64,000 nucleotides of DNA, taken from NCBI GenBank assembly GCA_049595035.1, contig JBMYKD010000002.1, forward strand, positions 109,667 to 173,666. The letters are read 5' to 3'. The translations under genes were made by a program, and so were the position numbers. The stretch is from Candidatus Puniceispirillales bacterium. GTDB lineage: Bacteria > Pseudomonadota > Alphaproteobacteria > Puniceispirillales > UBA1172. Below the pieces are notes generated by a model that was not told the DNA's origin, did no database searches, and saw nothing but the letters and a program-made list of their open reading frames with translations. Shown here piece by piece: positions 30,853-39,431 of the stretch; positions within the stretch are counted from its first letter, which is position 1; each line of letters opens with the position of its first letter.

Positions 30853-31767
30853 CTAGTGTCCTAGAGTATTTCCGGTTTTAAGAGAGATTATTGATGCCCA
30901 TTCTGAAGCCGGAATCTTTCCGCTACCTTCAGGCCGGACACGTTTAATAAGAATTCGTCCACCATTTGCTTGGACTGTTACTCCTTCTTCAGAGATAGCA
31001 ACAATCTCACCAGCTTTGCCATCGCCGTCCATTCTAACTGCGTCATATATTTTTATCTCATCACCATTCAGCGTTGTCCACGCCCCTGGGGCAGGGTTTG
31101 CCGCCCGGATGGTGTTGTAGGTATCGGCTACCGGCTTAGACCAGTCGAGTTTAGCGCAATCCTTGTTAAACCAGCCTTCATAAGTGCCGTCTTCCAGCCG
31201 TTGATCATGTTTGATAATGACCCCGGCCTTAACCAGATCAAGACCTTCCAGCATTGCCGCGACCCCCATTGGGAACAGCTTTTTGAAATAGACATCACCA
31301 AGGGTTTCATCCGCACCAATAGGACAGGTTTTCTGCAACATGATTGGCCCTTCATCCAGACCGTCATCAGGCCAGAAAATCGTCAGTCCGGTATGGGTTT
31401 TACCCATAGCAATCGGCCAGTTGATAGATGAAGGCCCCCTATGTTGCGGGCATAAAGATGGATGATACTGGAATGTTCCATAAGTGGGTGCATCACGCAC
31501 CGCTTCAGGGACGAATAGCAATACATATGCCATCATGCATATATCAGCTTTGAAAGATTGCATTAAGGCAAGGGCTTCGGGCGTTTTCCATGACGCTGGC
31601 TGATGCAAGGGAAGTCCTTTTTCCTTTGCCAGTAATGCCAGCGGGTCCTCGGGCTTACCTTCTTTCGTCGGGGCACAACATACGGCAACCACATCTTCGC
31701 CTCTATCCAGAAGCTCTTTTAATACCGCTTCGCCAAAAGCCTGTTGTCCGTGTAAAACGATCCGCAT
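30853..31767 (-). CDS. formyltransferase-family protein resembling the N-terminal (hydrolase/formyl-transfer) domain of 10-formyl-THF dehydrogenase
   Basis: 304 aa with QYHPSLCPQHRGPSSINW (catalytic His), FWPDDGLDEGPIMLQ (catalytic Asp) and ...TYEGW...LDW...NP.PGAWT in the C-subdomain. Confidence 0.72.
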   Translation of the reverse strand: MRIVLHGQQAFGEAVLKELLDRGEDVVAVCCAPTKEGKPEDPLALLAKEKGLPLHQPASWKTPEALALMQSFKADICMMAYVLLFVPEAVRDAPTYGTFQYHPSLCPQHRGPSSINWPIAMGKTHTGLTIFWPDDGLDEGPIMLQKTCPIGADETLGDVYFKKLFPMGVAAMLEGLDLVKAGVIIKHDQRLEDGTYEGWFNKDCAKLDWSKPVADTYNTIRAANPAPGAWTTLNGDEIKIYDAVRMDGDGKAGEIVAISEEGVTVQANGGRILIKRVRPEGSGKIPASEWASIISLKTGNTLGH

Positions 31768-31783
31768 TTTATTGTCCCCCTTT

Positions 31784-33070
31784 TTATTCTGCCGCCTTGT
31801 TTACGTCACCTACTGCACCTGATGATACGATATTTTCAATTTCACCATCATCATAATGCAATACATCTTGCAAAATTTCCAATGTATGTTCACCAAGCAA
31901 TGGCGACCGTGTGACTTCAACCGGACTTGCTGATAGCTTTACCGGACATCCCACCGAAATATATTCCCCGCGTTCGGGGTGGTCGACTTTTACCAGTGTG
32001 CCCGTATCATATAGCCCTTCATCTTCAGCAATCTCTTTCATTGATAGAATAGGGCCAACCGGAATATCTAGCGGATTACATAAATCCATGACTTCGAATT
32101 TGGTTTTTGTCATAGTCCATGCTTCGATTCGTTCAAATATCTGATTAAGTTTATCGAGCCGTTCCGGTGGTGTGGCAAAGCCGTCAGCTGTTTTCCAGTC
32201 TGGTTCACCAATCAGATCACATACCTTTTCCCACACTGCCGCCTGAATAATGAAATAGGTATAGGCATTCGGGTCACTTTCCCAGCCCTTGCATTTCAGG
32301 ATACGGCCGGGTTGTCCACCGCCAGAATCATTACCAGCGCGCGGAGTAGCCTCACCAAATGGGATGCCTTCGCCAAATTGCGAATATTCTCTCAGAGGGC
32401 CTGCCTCAAGGCGTTGCTGATCACGCATCTTGACCCGTGCCAGATTAAGCACCGCATCCTGCATGGCAACGCTTACCCTTTGCCCCAATCCTGTTTTTTC
32501 ACGGTGGAATAATGCTGTAACAATACCCAGACATAAATGCAGGCCTGTGCCAGAATCGCCAATCTGCGCCCCTGTTACTAATGGCGGGCCATCCAGAAAT
32601 CCGGTGGTAGATGCAGAACCACCAGCGCATTGCGCCACATTTTCATAAACCTTGCAATCTTCATATTTGCCGGGGCCAAAGCCTTTTATTGATGCCAGAA
32701 TAATCCGTGGGTTGATTTCATGAACACGTTCCCAGCTGAACCCCATTCTGTCCAGTGCACCGGGAGCAAAGTTTTCTACCAGAACATCACATTCCTTAAT
32801 CAGTCTGGTCAGAACTTCCTTACCGGTTTCATTTTTAGAGTTCAGTTCAATCGACCGTTTATTATGATTCAGCATGGTAAAATAGAGGCTGTCAGAGCCA
32901 GGCTTATCAACAAGCTGCTTGCGTGTTGCATCACCAACGCCCGGCCGTTCGACCTTAATCACATCAGCACCAAACCATCCCAGAATCTGGGTACATGTGG
33001 GTCCTGATTGAACATGGGTAAAGTCGAGTACTTTAATCCCTTCTAACGCTTTCATCATCTTATTCACCAT
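31784..33070 (-). CDS. frc: formyl-CoA:oxalate CoA-transferase
   Basis: ...[34 protein letters not shown]..., ...[10 protein letters not shown]... and ...LKCKGWE... parallel O. formigenes Frc. The start may be the ATG at 33058. Confidence 0.92.
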   Translation of the reverse strand: MVNKMMKALEGIKVLDFTHVQSGPTCTQILGWFGADVIKVERPGVGDATRKQLVDKPGSDSLYFTMLNHNKRSIELNSKNETGKEVLTRLIKECDVLVENFAPGALDRMGFSWERVHEINPRIILASIKGFGPGKYEDCKVYENVAQCAGGSASTTGFLDGPPLVTGAQIGDSGTGLHLCLGIVTALFHREKTGLGQRVSVAMQDAVLNLARVKMRDQQRLEAGPLREYSQFGEGIPFGEATPRAGNDSGGGQPGRILKCKGWESDPNAYTYFIIQAAVWEKVCDLIGEPDWKTADGFATPPERLDKLNQIFERIEAWTMTKTKFEVMDLCNPLDIPVGPILSMKEIAEDEGLYDTGTLVKVDHPERGEYISVGCPVKLSASPVEVTRSPLLGEHTLEILQDVLHYDDGEIENIVSSGAVGDVNKAAE

Positions 33071-33116
33071 CCATTATCATCATCAAAGTTACTATTTTCC
33101 CAACCTGAATTGAAAT

Positions 33117-34877
33117 CTAGGATTTTGCCTTATTCTGCATCACAATACTTTGTGGGTTCAAATTACCAATCCGTCCACTTTCGGTACCAGCCCCTTCATC
33201 AATGATGGCATTGACCAAAGTAGGCTTGCCAGATGCCAATGCTTCACGCACGGCGCGGCCAAGTTCATCAGGATTGGTGACATAAACACCAACCCCGCCA
33301 AAAGCCTGCATCATCATATCGTAACGGGAATCCTTAACAAATACCGTTGGTGCCACATCATCGCCACCGGTCGGGTTTTTATCTGTTCCCCGATAGATGC
33401 CGTTGTTATTAAAGACAACAATACAGACAGGCAGGTTATATCGGCAAATCGTCTCAATTTCCATGCCAGAGAAACCAAACGCACTATCACCTTCAATGGC
33501 TAGAACAGATTTACCAGTTTCTATTGCCGCGGCAATCGAAGCGCCCTGACCAATACCCATAATGCCCCAGGTGCCAACATCAATCCGGTGCCTTGGCTTA
33601 TAGATATCAATAATGCTACGGGCAAAATCCAGCGTATTTGCGCCTTCGTTAACTAAAATGATATCAGGGTTATCCTTAACAACCTGACGCAATGATCCAA
33701 GCGCCCCATGATAATCCATAGGCACGGCATTACTCATTAATTTAGAGGCCATTTTTTCCAGATTGACCGCTTTTTTGTCATTAATCATTCCCAGCCAGTC
33801 ATCAGATGGTTTATTCCAGTTTGTTCCCATCTCTTCATCCATCAATTCAAGACATGAACCAATATCTCCAACTAGCGGTGCGGCAATTTCGACATTGCTA
33901 TCCATTTCACGGGGCTCAATATCAATCTGGATGAATTTTTTTGCCCCCGGTGCCCCCCAGGCTTTACCCTTACCATGGGACAATAGCCAGTTTAGCCTTG
34001 CACCAATAAGCATTACCACATCAGCCTCTTTCAGAACAAGCGACCGCGCCGCCGCCGCTGATTGGGGATGATCATCAGGCAGTAATCCTTTGGCCATACT
34101 CATGGGCAGATACGGAACACCACTTTTTTCAACAAAGCGTTTCAACAGCTCATCTTCCTGTGCATATGCAGCACCTTTACCTATGATCAATAAAGGTTTC
34201 TTTGCTTGTTTCAGCACATCAACCGCTCGCGTTATGGCCGCTGGTGATGGCAATTGGGCAGGCGCTGGATCAATGACTTTAACCAGAGAAGCCTTACCCT
34301 TTTCCGCGTCCATCACTTGTGAGAATAATTGCGCCGGCAAATCAAGATAAACACCGCCCGGACGCCCGGAACAGGCGGCTCTGATAGCCCTTGCTATACC
34401 AATGCCAATATCTTCCGCATGAAGAATACGGAATGCCGCCTTGCAAAGCGGCTTGGCAATCGCTAACTGATCCATTTCTTCATAATCACCCTGCTGAAGA
34501 TCAACAATTTCACGCTCGGATGATCCGCTGATCAATATCATAGGAAAACAGTTTGTTGTCGCATTGGCCAGTGCTGTCAGGCCATTCAAAAACCCCGGCG
34601 CGGAAACAGTCAAGGCTACCCCCGGCTTTTTCGTCAGATAACCGGCAATGGACGCGGCATATCCGGCATGTTGTTCGTGACGGAAAGAAATCACGCGCAT
34701 ACCTTCCGCCTGAGCGATACGTCCAAGATCGGTGATCGGGATGCCGGGAACATTATATATCGTATTGATATCATTTAGCTTTAGCGCATCAACAACAAGA
34801 TGAAATCCATCAGTAAGTTGGGCTACATCGGTATCTGTATCCTGATTATCCTGTTTTGCAACGGTCTGATCAGACAT
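33117..34877 (-). CDS. oxc: oxalyl-CoA decarboxylase (ThDP-dependent). The frame is open upstream into the GntR module.
   Basis: Begins MSDQ...[27 protein letters not shown]..., with ...[12 protein letters not shown]... and ...[22 protein letters not shown]... Collinear with stand-alone Oxc proteins from the first residue. Confidence 0.92.
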   Translation of the reverse strand: MSDQTVAKQDNQDTDTDVAQLTDGFHLVVDALKLNDINTIYNVPGIPITDLGRIAQAEGMRVISFRHEQHAGYAASIAGYLTKKPGVALTVSAPGFLNGLTALANATTNCFPMILISGSSEREIVDLQQGDYEEMDQLAIAKPLCKAAFRILHAEDIGIGIARAIRAACSGRPGGVYLDLPAQLFSQVMDAEKGKASLVKVIDPAPAQLPSPAAITRAVDVLKQAKKPLLIIGKGAAYAQEDELLKRFVEKSGVPYLPMSMAKGLLPDDHPQSAAAARSLVLKEADVVMLIGARLNWLLSHGKGKAWGAPGAKKFIQIDIEPREMDSNVEIAAPLVGDIGSCLELMDEEMGTNWNKPSDDWLGMINDKKAVNLEKMASKLMSNAVPMDYHGALGSLRQVVKDNPDIILVNEGANTLDFARSIIDIYKPRHRIDVGTWGIMGIGQGASIAAAIETGKSVLAIEGDSAFGFSGMEIETICRYNLPVCIVVFNNNGIYRGTDKNPTGGDDVAPTVFVKDSRYDMMMQAFGGVGVYVTNPDELGRAVREALASGKPTLVNAIIDEGAGTESGRIGNLNPQSIVMQNKAKS

Positions 34878-35699
34878 GGAAAGCTCCTTTTTTGTATCTT
34901 TATTTGCAGGTGTTATTAATTCGGGTTTGGATAACGACAAATCATCATCCGGCGTTTCAGCTTGAGATTCTGGTTTTTGAGCTTCTGCATTATTGCCGTC
35001 ATCGCTATTGGAAAAAACCGTCCAGCGTGATCTGATATGATCATGCAGGCGCATGGTATGTTCACGCACAAGATTGGCAGCGAGGTCTGCATCTCTGGCT
35101 TCGAGAGCATTAATAATCTCTAGGTGATCAGATAGTGATTTACTGGCACGGTCATCTTCATGGATAGCGCGTCTACGGATAGCCGCCATCTGCATGAATA
35201 GCTGATCTGTTGTGGTTTTCAGTAACGCACATCCGGATAATTCCAGTATCGTCTGATGAAAGGTGATATTGGCATCAGAATATTCACTGATTGGGATGGA
35301 ATCGCTTTCCCCGACAGCACCTTGTGCGAAACGCCGCAACAAAAGCAGATCATCATCACTGGCATGCTGGGTTACCAATCTGGCGGCCATACTTTCCAGC
35401 GCGGCCCATGTGATCACCATTTCCAGAATTTCCGTCATGGATTTGCGGTGGATAAATACACCTTTGCGGGGAATAATTTCAACCAGACCATCTTGTGCTA
35501 GGCGTGCCAGCACTTCACGAATCGGTGTGCGAGAAACCCCGAGCTGGGTGGCTAGCTGCCTTTCATCAAGGCGCAGATCTTCGTCGGAATCATAAATATC
35601 AACGCCGAGGATATAGTCACGAAGCACATCATAAAGGTGATCCTTTATGGTAAAGTCATTTGCTATTGGCTTAAGCTTCATATCGCTCAACGTTAACAT
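34878..35699 (-). CDS. GntR-family (FadR/FCD-type) transcriptional regulator module plus acidic linker, with no in-frame stop before oxc
   Basis: wHTH ...[37 protein letters not shown]... plus a helical FCD-like domain to about aa 226, then a 45-aa D/E/P/S-rich linker. Confidence 0.8.
34884..34889 (-). promoter_or_regulatory. internal Shine-Dalgarno (AAGGAG) for the oxc ATG at 34877
   Basis: The minus strand reads AAAAAAGGAGCTTTCCATG, a 6-nt spacer to the ATG. Confidence 0.55.
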
Positions 35700-35917
35700 T
35701 CCCCCCTTAGATCAGAATTTAATCTGATGATCTTGCTGGATATATATCAAGTCATTCAGACAATTCTTAACTCAACAAAAATACAATATACCAAAGAAAC
35801 ACTTCGTCAAGCCAGTCTTATAAATTTATACTTTTATTATATATTACAGTTATTTGGCCATTTTTATCATAATTATTTAAAATAGCATGTCTGTTCCGGC
35901 TTGAAAAATCAGTCGGC

Positions 35918-35927
35918 TGGTATACCA
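35918..35927. promoter_or_regulatory. candidate GntR/FadR-type operator TGGTATACCA
   Basis: Perfect 10-bp palindrome of the TGGT-Nx-ACCA class in the divergent oxc/sucC intergenic region. A second inverted repeat, CCATAT-N5-ATATGG, lies at 35931-35947. Confidence 0.3.
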
Positions 35928-36018
35928 TAGCCATATCGTAAATATGGCAATGATTCCGGCGGTTTAATATCACTTATTAAAACATCCGTTTCTACACAAT
36001 CATATATAAGGAAAGTCG

Positions 36019-37215
36019 ATGAATATTCATGAATATCAAGCTAAGGCGATTTTAAAAAGCTATGGCGCACCTGTGGCGAACGGAGCGGTCATAACAGACG
36101 CCAGCCAGATTGATCATGCGATTGCATCCATGCCGGGGCCTGTCTGGGTGGTGAAAAGCCAGATACATGCTGGTGGCAGAGGTAAAGGCAAGTTCAAGGA
36201 ACTACCAGCCGAGGCAAAAGGCGGTGTCAGGGTAAGTTTCTCGGCCGATGAAGCCAAAGCCAATGCGCGTGAAATGTATGGCAAAACCCTTGTTACCGCG
36301 CAGACAGGGGAAAGCGGCAAGACCGTAAACAGGCTCTACATAGAAGACGGCGCCGATATTGATAAAGAACTCTATCTTTCCATCCTTGTTGATCGCGCCA
36401 TTGGCAAAGTCGCCTTTGTGGTATCCACCGAAGGCGGGATGGATATTGAAACAGTTGCCCATGATACACCTGAAAAAATCCACACAGTTGGTATTAATCA
36501 TGGCACAGGCTGCACGGATCAGGATGCAGGAACACTTGCTGACGCCCTTGGTCTGGACGGCAAAGCCAGAGAAGAAGGCATGGCTTTATTCAAAACCCTT
36601 TATCAGGCATTTGTGGAAAAGGATATGAGTCTGCTGGAAATCAATCCGCTAATCGTCACAAAAGCGAATGAGATTCAGGTGCTGGATGCGAAAGTATCCT
36701 TTGATAATAATGCTTTGTTTCGGCATCCTGATATTGTCGCTTTGCGGGATATCACGGAAGAAGACCCGAAAGAACTAGAAGCTTCAAAACATGACCTAGC
36801 CTATATCGCTCTTGATGGTGATATCGGCTGTATGGTGAATGGTGCCGGACTTGCCATGGCAACGATGGATATCATCAAGCTTTATGGCGCAGAACCAGCC
36901 AATTTTCTTGATGTCGGGGGCGGAGCCACAACGGAAAAAGTAACCGCCGCCTTCAAAATCATTACCGCTGATCCTAATGTTAAAGGGATTCTAGTTAATA
37001 TTTTTGGCGGCATTATGCGATGCGACGTGATTGCGGAAGGTGTTGTTCAAGCCGCCAAGGATATCGCACTTCATGTGCCTTTGGTGGTAAGACTGGAAGG
37101 CACAAAAGTGGCAGAAGGCAAAGCTATTCTTGAAGCAAGTGGACTTGATCTGATTGCCGCTGATGATCTGAATGACGCCGCTGAAAAAATTGTTAAAGCG
37201 GTAAAAGGGAATTAG
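36019..37215 (+). CDS. sucC: succinate--CoA ligase (ADP-forming) beta subunit
   Basis: [13 protein letters not shown]..., [17 protein letters not shown]... and [14 protein letters not shown]. Near-canonical alphaproteobacterial SucC. Confidence 0.92.
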   Translation: MNIHEYQAKAILKSYGAPVANGAVITDASQIDHAIASMPGPVWVVKSQIHAGGRGKGKFKELPAEAKGGVRVSFSADEAKANAREMYGKTLVTAQTGESGKTVNRLYIEDGADIDKELYLSILVDRAIGKVAFVVSTEGGMDIETVAHDTPEKIHTVGINHGTGCTDQDAGTLADALGLDGKAREEGMALFKTLYQAFVEKDMSLLEINPLIVTKANEIQVLDAKVSFDNNALFRHPDIVALRDITEEDPKELEASKHDLAYIALDGDIGCMVNGAGLAMATMDIIKLYGAEPANFLDVGGGATTEKVTAAFKIITADPNVKGILVNIFGGIMRCDVIAEGVVQAAKDIALHVPLVVRLEGTKVAEGKAILEASGLDLIAADDLNDAAEKIVKAVKGN

Positions 37216-37225
37216 GGGTACGATC

Positions 37226-38128
37226 ATGGCAATTTTAATCAACAAAGACACAAAAATCATTGTTCAGGGTCTTACTGGCAAAACCGGCACCTTTCATACG
37301 GAACAGGCGTTAGCCTATCATAACACACAGATGATTGCTGGCACGCACCCGAAAAAAGCAGGTGAAGAATGGGTAAGTGAAACTGGCAAAACGCTTCCTA
37401 TTTTCGGATCAGTGGCTGATGCAAAAAGCGCAACAGGCGCAAATGCCTCGGTGATATATGTTCCTCCAGCTGGTGCGGCAGATGCCATCATCGAAGCCAT
37501 TGATGCCGGCATTGCGCTTATCACCTGTATTACCGAAGGTGTGCCAGTGCTTGATATGGTGCGGGTCAAAGAACGCCTAGATGCATCTTCATCACGTCTG
37601 ATCGGGCCAAATTGCCCCGGCCTGCTTACCCCCGGCGAATGCAAGATTGGTATCATGCCAAGCAGTATTTTCCGCCGTGGGTCTGTCGGGGTATTGTCAC
37701 GTTCGGGCACCTTGACCTATGAAGCGGTTTATCAAACCAGTATGGCCGGACTAGGCCAATCGACAGCCGTAGGGATCGGTGGTGACCCTGTTAAGGGAAC
37801 AGAGTTTATTGATGTGCTTGATATGTTTCTTGATGATGACGAAACCAAGTCCATCATCATGATCGGAGAAATTGGCGGTTCTGCCGAAGAAGAAGCTGCG
37901 GAATTCATTAAGGCAGAAGCAAAAAAAGGTCGCAAAAAGCCAATGGTAGGGTTTATTGCCGGCCGCACATCACCACCCGGTCGGACAATGGGACATGCTG
38001 GTGCGGTCATTTCAGGAGGTAAAGGCGGTGCAGATGCCAAGATTGAAGCACTGGAACAGGCCGGCGTCAAGGTATCCCCCTCACCTGCCAGTCTTGGTGA
38101 TACACTGGTTTCTCTGCTAAATGGTTAG
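37226..38128 (+). CDS. sucD: succinate--CoA ligase alpha subunit
   Basis: ...[12 protein letters not shown]..., SRSGTLTYE and GHAGA (phosphohistidine loop). Confidence 0.93.
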   Translation: MAILINKDTKIIVQGLTGKTGTFHTEQALAYHNTQMIAGTHPKKAGEEWVSETGKTLPIFGSVADAKSATGANASVIYVPPAGAADAIIEAIDAGIALITCITEGVPVLDMVRVKERLDASSSRLIGPNCPGLLTPGECKIGIMPSSIFRRGSVGVLSRSGTLTYEAVYQTSMAGLGQSTAVGIGGDPVKGTEFIDVLDMFLDDDETKSIIMIGEIGGSAEEEAAEFIKAEAKKGRKKPMVGFIAGRTSPPGRTMGHAGAVISGGKGGADAKIEALEQAGVKVSPSPASLGDTLVSLLNG

Positions 38129-38150
38129 GGGTTCTGCCATCACAAACAAA

Positions 38151-38178
38151 AAGAGCGCTCAAAAGCGCTCTTTTTTTA
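38151..38178 (+). terminator. rho-independent terminator after sucD (possibly bidirectional)
   Basis: AAGAGCGCT-CAAA-AGCGCTCTT stem-loop followed by a T-run, with an A-run on the other side facing the convergent gene that ends at 38206. Confidence 0.7.
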
Positions 38179-38205
38179 TTCTCGTCATAAAAGCGTAAGA
38201 AAGAC

Positions 38206-39273
38206 TTACGCCGATTTAGCAGGCATATTTTCAGCGGCCTCATTTTTAGCAAGACGATCATCAACAATGGCCACGATGGAATCAACCGTAGGATTGAACA
38301 TATCCAGATGACGGCCGATGATTTGTATCATGCGGTCAACGCGTTCAACCTTTGTCGTGCCAGCATCAATGGCGCGCGCAACCGAGGACGGCTTTAACAG
38401 CTGTTTGGCGGCGGCGGCATATTTGGCAAAAGGAACCTGATCACTTTCATCAGCACCAAGTTTCTGTGCCAGATGATCAACCCAGCGATACATCTGTTCA
38501 GCGGTATCGATATCACCATGAACAGCATCATGAATAGGCTGGATATCATCAGAACGGACACAACGATAATTACCAGTCATCAGCATTGACCATTTGGCCA
38601 TGGGCACAAATAGTGAGTTAAACACCCGCAACTTCACTGGCACATCCTTGCCATCAATGCGGACATTATCAATATCTTCGGCCAGTGTTTTCAGCATGGC
38701 ATTATGTTCATCTGAAGCAAAGGTGCTGGCCTTGAAATTTGTTGGCAATCCGACATGAAGAACATTGCTGCCTTCTTCTGGTGGGCGGAATGCCTGCGGG
38801 TCAGGGCTACAAAGAGAGATCAGCCCCGGTTCAAAATTAGCCCAGACGCTGGCATCATCATAGCAGGATGAAAGATCAGCATCAGCAAGGGCAGGAATAC
38901 GTTTCAGGAAAGCCAGCGGCGGCATATTCATGATAGATAGGCAGGGTTTTTTCGCATCTGCAATCCGTTTCATCAAGCCGGCAACGGAAGGAGAGGCATA
39001 TTGCGGTTCCTGCATAGCCAGACCGATCAGATCATATTGTTCTGGCTCAACCTGTTCAGGCGTCTTGGCATCAAGGGTACCAGGTTGATCCTTTGAAAGA
39101 ATGGATCTATGCGTATCCTCATCCCGGAGCTTAATTCGCACCTCTGTGCCTTGCGTATTAATCAGCTGGGCAGAAGTCGAACGGCAAACCAGAGTCACAT
39201 CATGGCCAGCCATAAGCAGTTTTGTTGAAAGTAGTGATCCGTAAGATGCACCGAGGATTAGAATTTTCATCAC
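38206..39273 (-). CDS. divergent ketopantoate-reductase (ApbA/PanE)-like NAD(P) oxidoreductase, substrate unknown
   Basis: N-terminal Rossmann MKILILGASYGS. By-eye counterparts of PanE motifs: IMNMP (IHNG), AKWSMLMTGN (WRKLxxN) and PSSVARAID...ERVD (SSMLQD...TExD). Confidence 0.42.
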   Translation of the reverse strand: MMKILILGASYGSLLSTKLLMAGHDVTLVCRSTSAQLINTQGTEVRIKLRDEDTHRSILSKDQPGTLDAKTPEQVEPEQYDLIGLAMQEPQYASPSVAGLMKRIADAKKPCLSIMNMPPLAFLKRIPALADADLSSCYDDASVWANFEPGLISLCSPDPQAFRPPEEGSNVLHVGLPTNFKASTFASDEHNAMLKTLAEDIDNVRIDGKDVPVKLRVFNSLFVPMAKWSMLMTGNYRCVRSDDIQPIHDAVHGDIDTAEQMYRWVDHLAQKLGADESDQVPFAKYAAAAKQLLKPSSVARAIDAGTTKVERVDRMIQIIGRHLDMFNPTVDSIVAIVDDRLAKNEAAENMPAKSA

Positions 39274-39341
39274 AAGGCTCCTTTAATTACATAAATAGAT
39301 TTAGGGGGAATGCCAATAAAGGAAAGGAAAAAAGTGATAAT

Positions 39342-39378
39342 GTGAAAATTGTAAATTATTTACATAAACAATTTACAA
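39342..39378. promoter_or_regulatory. operator-like motif GTGAAAAT-TGTAAAT-T-ATTTACA-N6-ATTTACAA in the divergent KPR-like/regulator intergenic region
   Basis: Perfect 15-bp palindrome TGTAAATTATTTACA (39350-39364) plus a third half-site at 39371-39378. Same block as at 28223-28258. Confidence 0.35.
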
Positions 39379-39431
39379 AATTAAGATCTATATGGTAACT
39401 TACTTTAATACATTGATATAATGAGGTTACC

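Noticed and set aside
36019-38128. The idea that the sucCD pair is really malate thiokinase (mtkAB), as in serine-cycle methylotrophs.
   Set aside because: The beta subunit carries the canonical SucC signature ([14 protein letters not shown]...GGVRV). By eye it is near-identical in pattern to alphaproteobacterial SucC and differs from MtkA (QIHAGARGKAGGIKL). No other serine-cycle genes are nearby.
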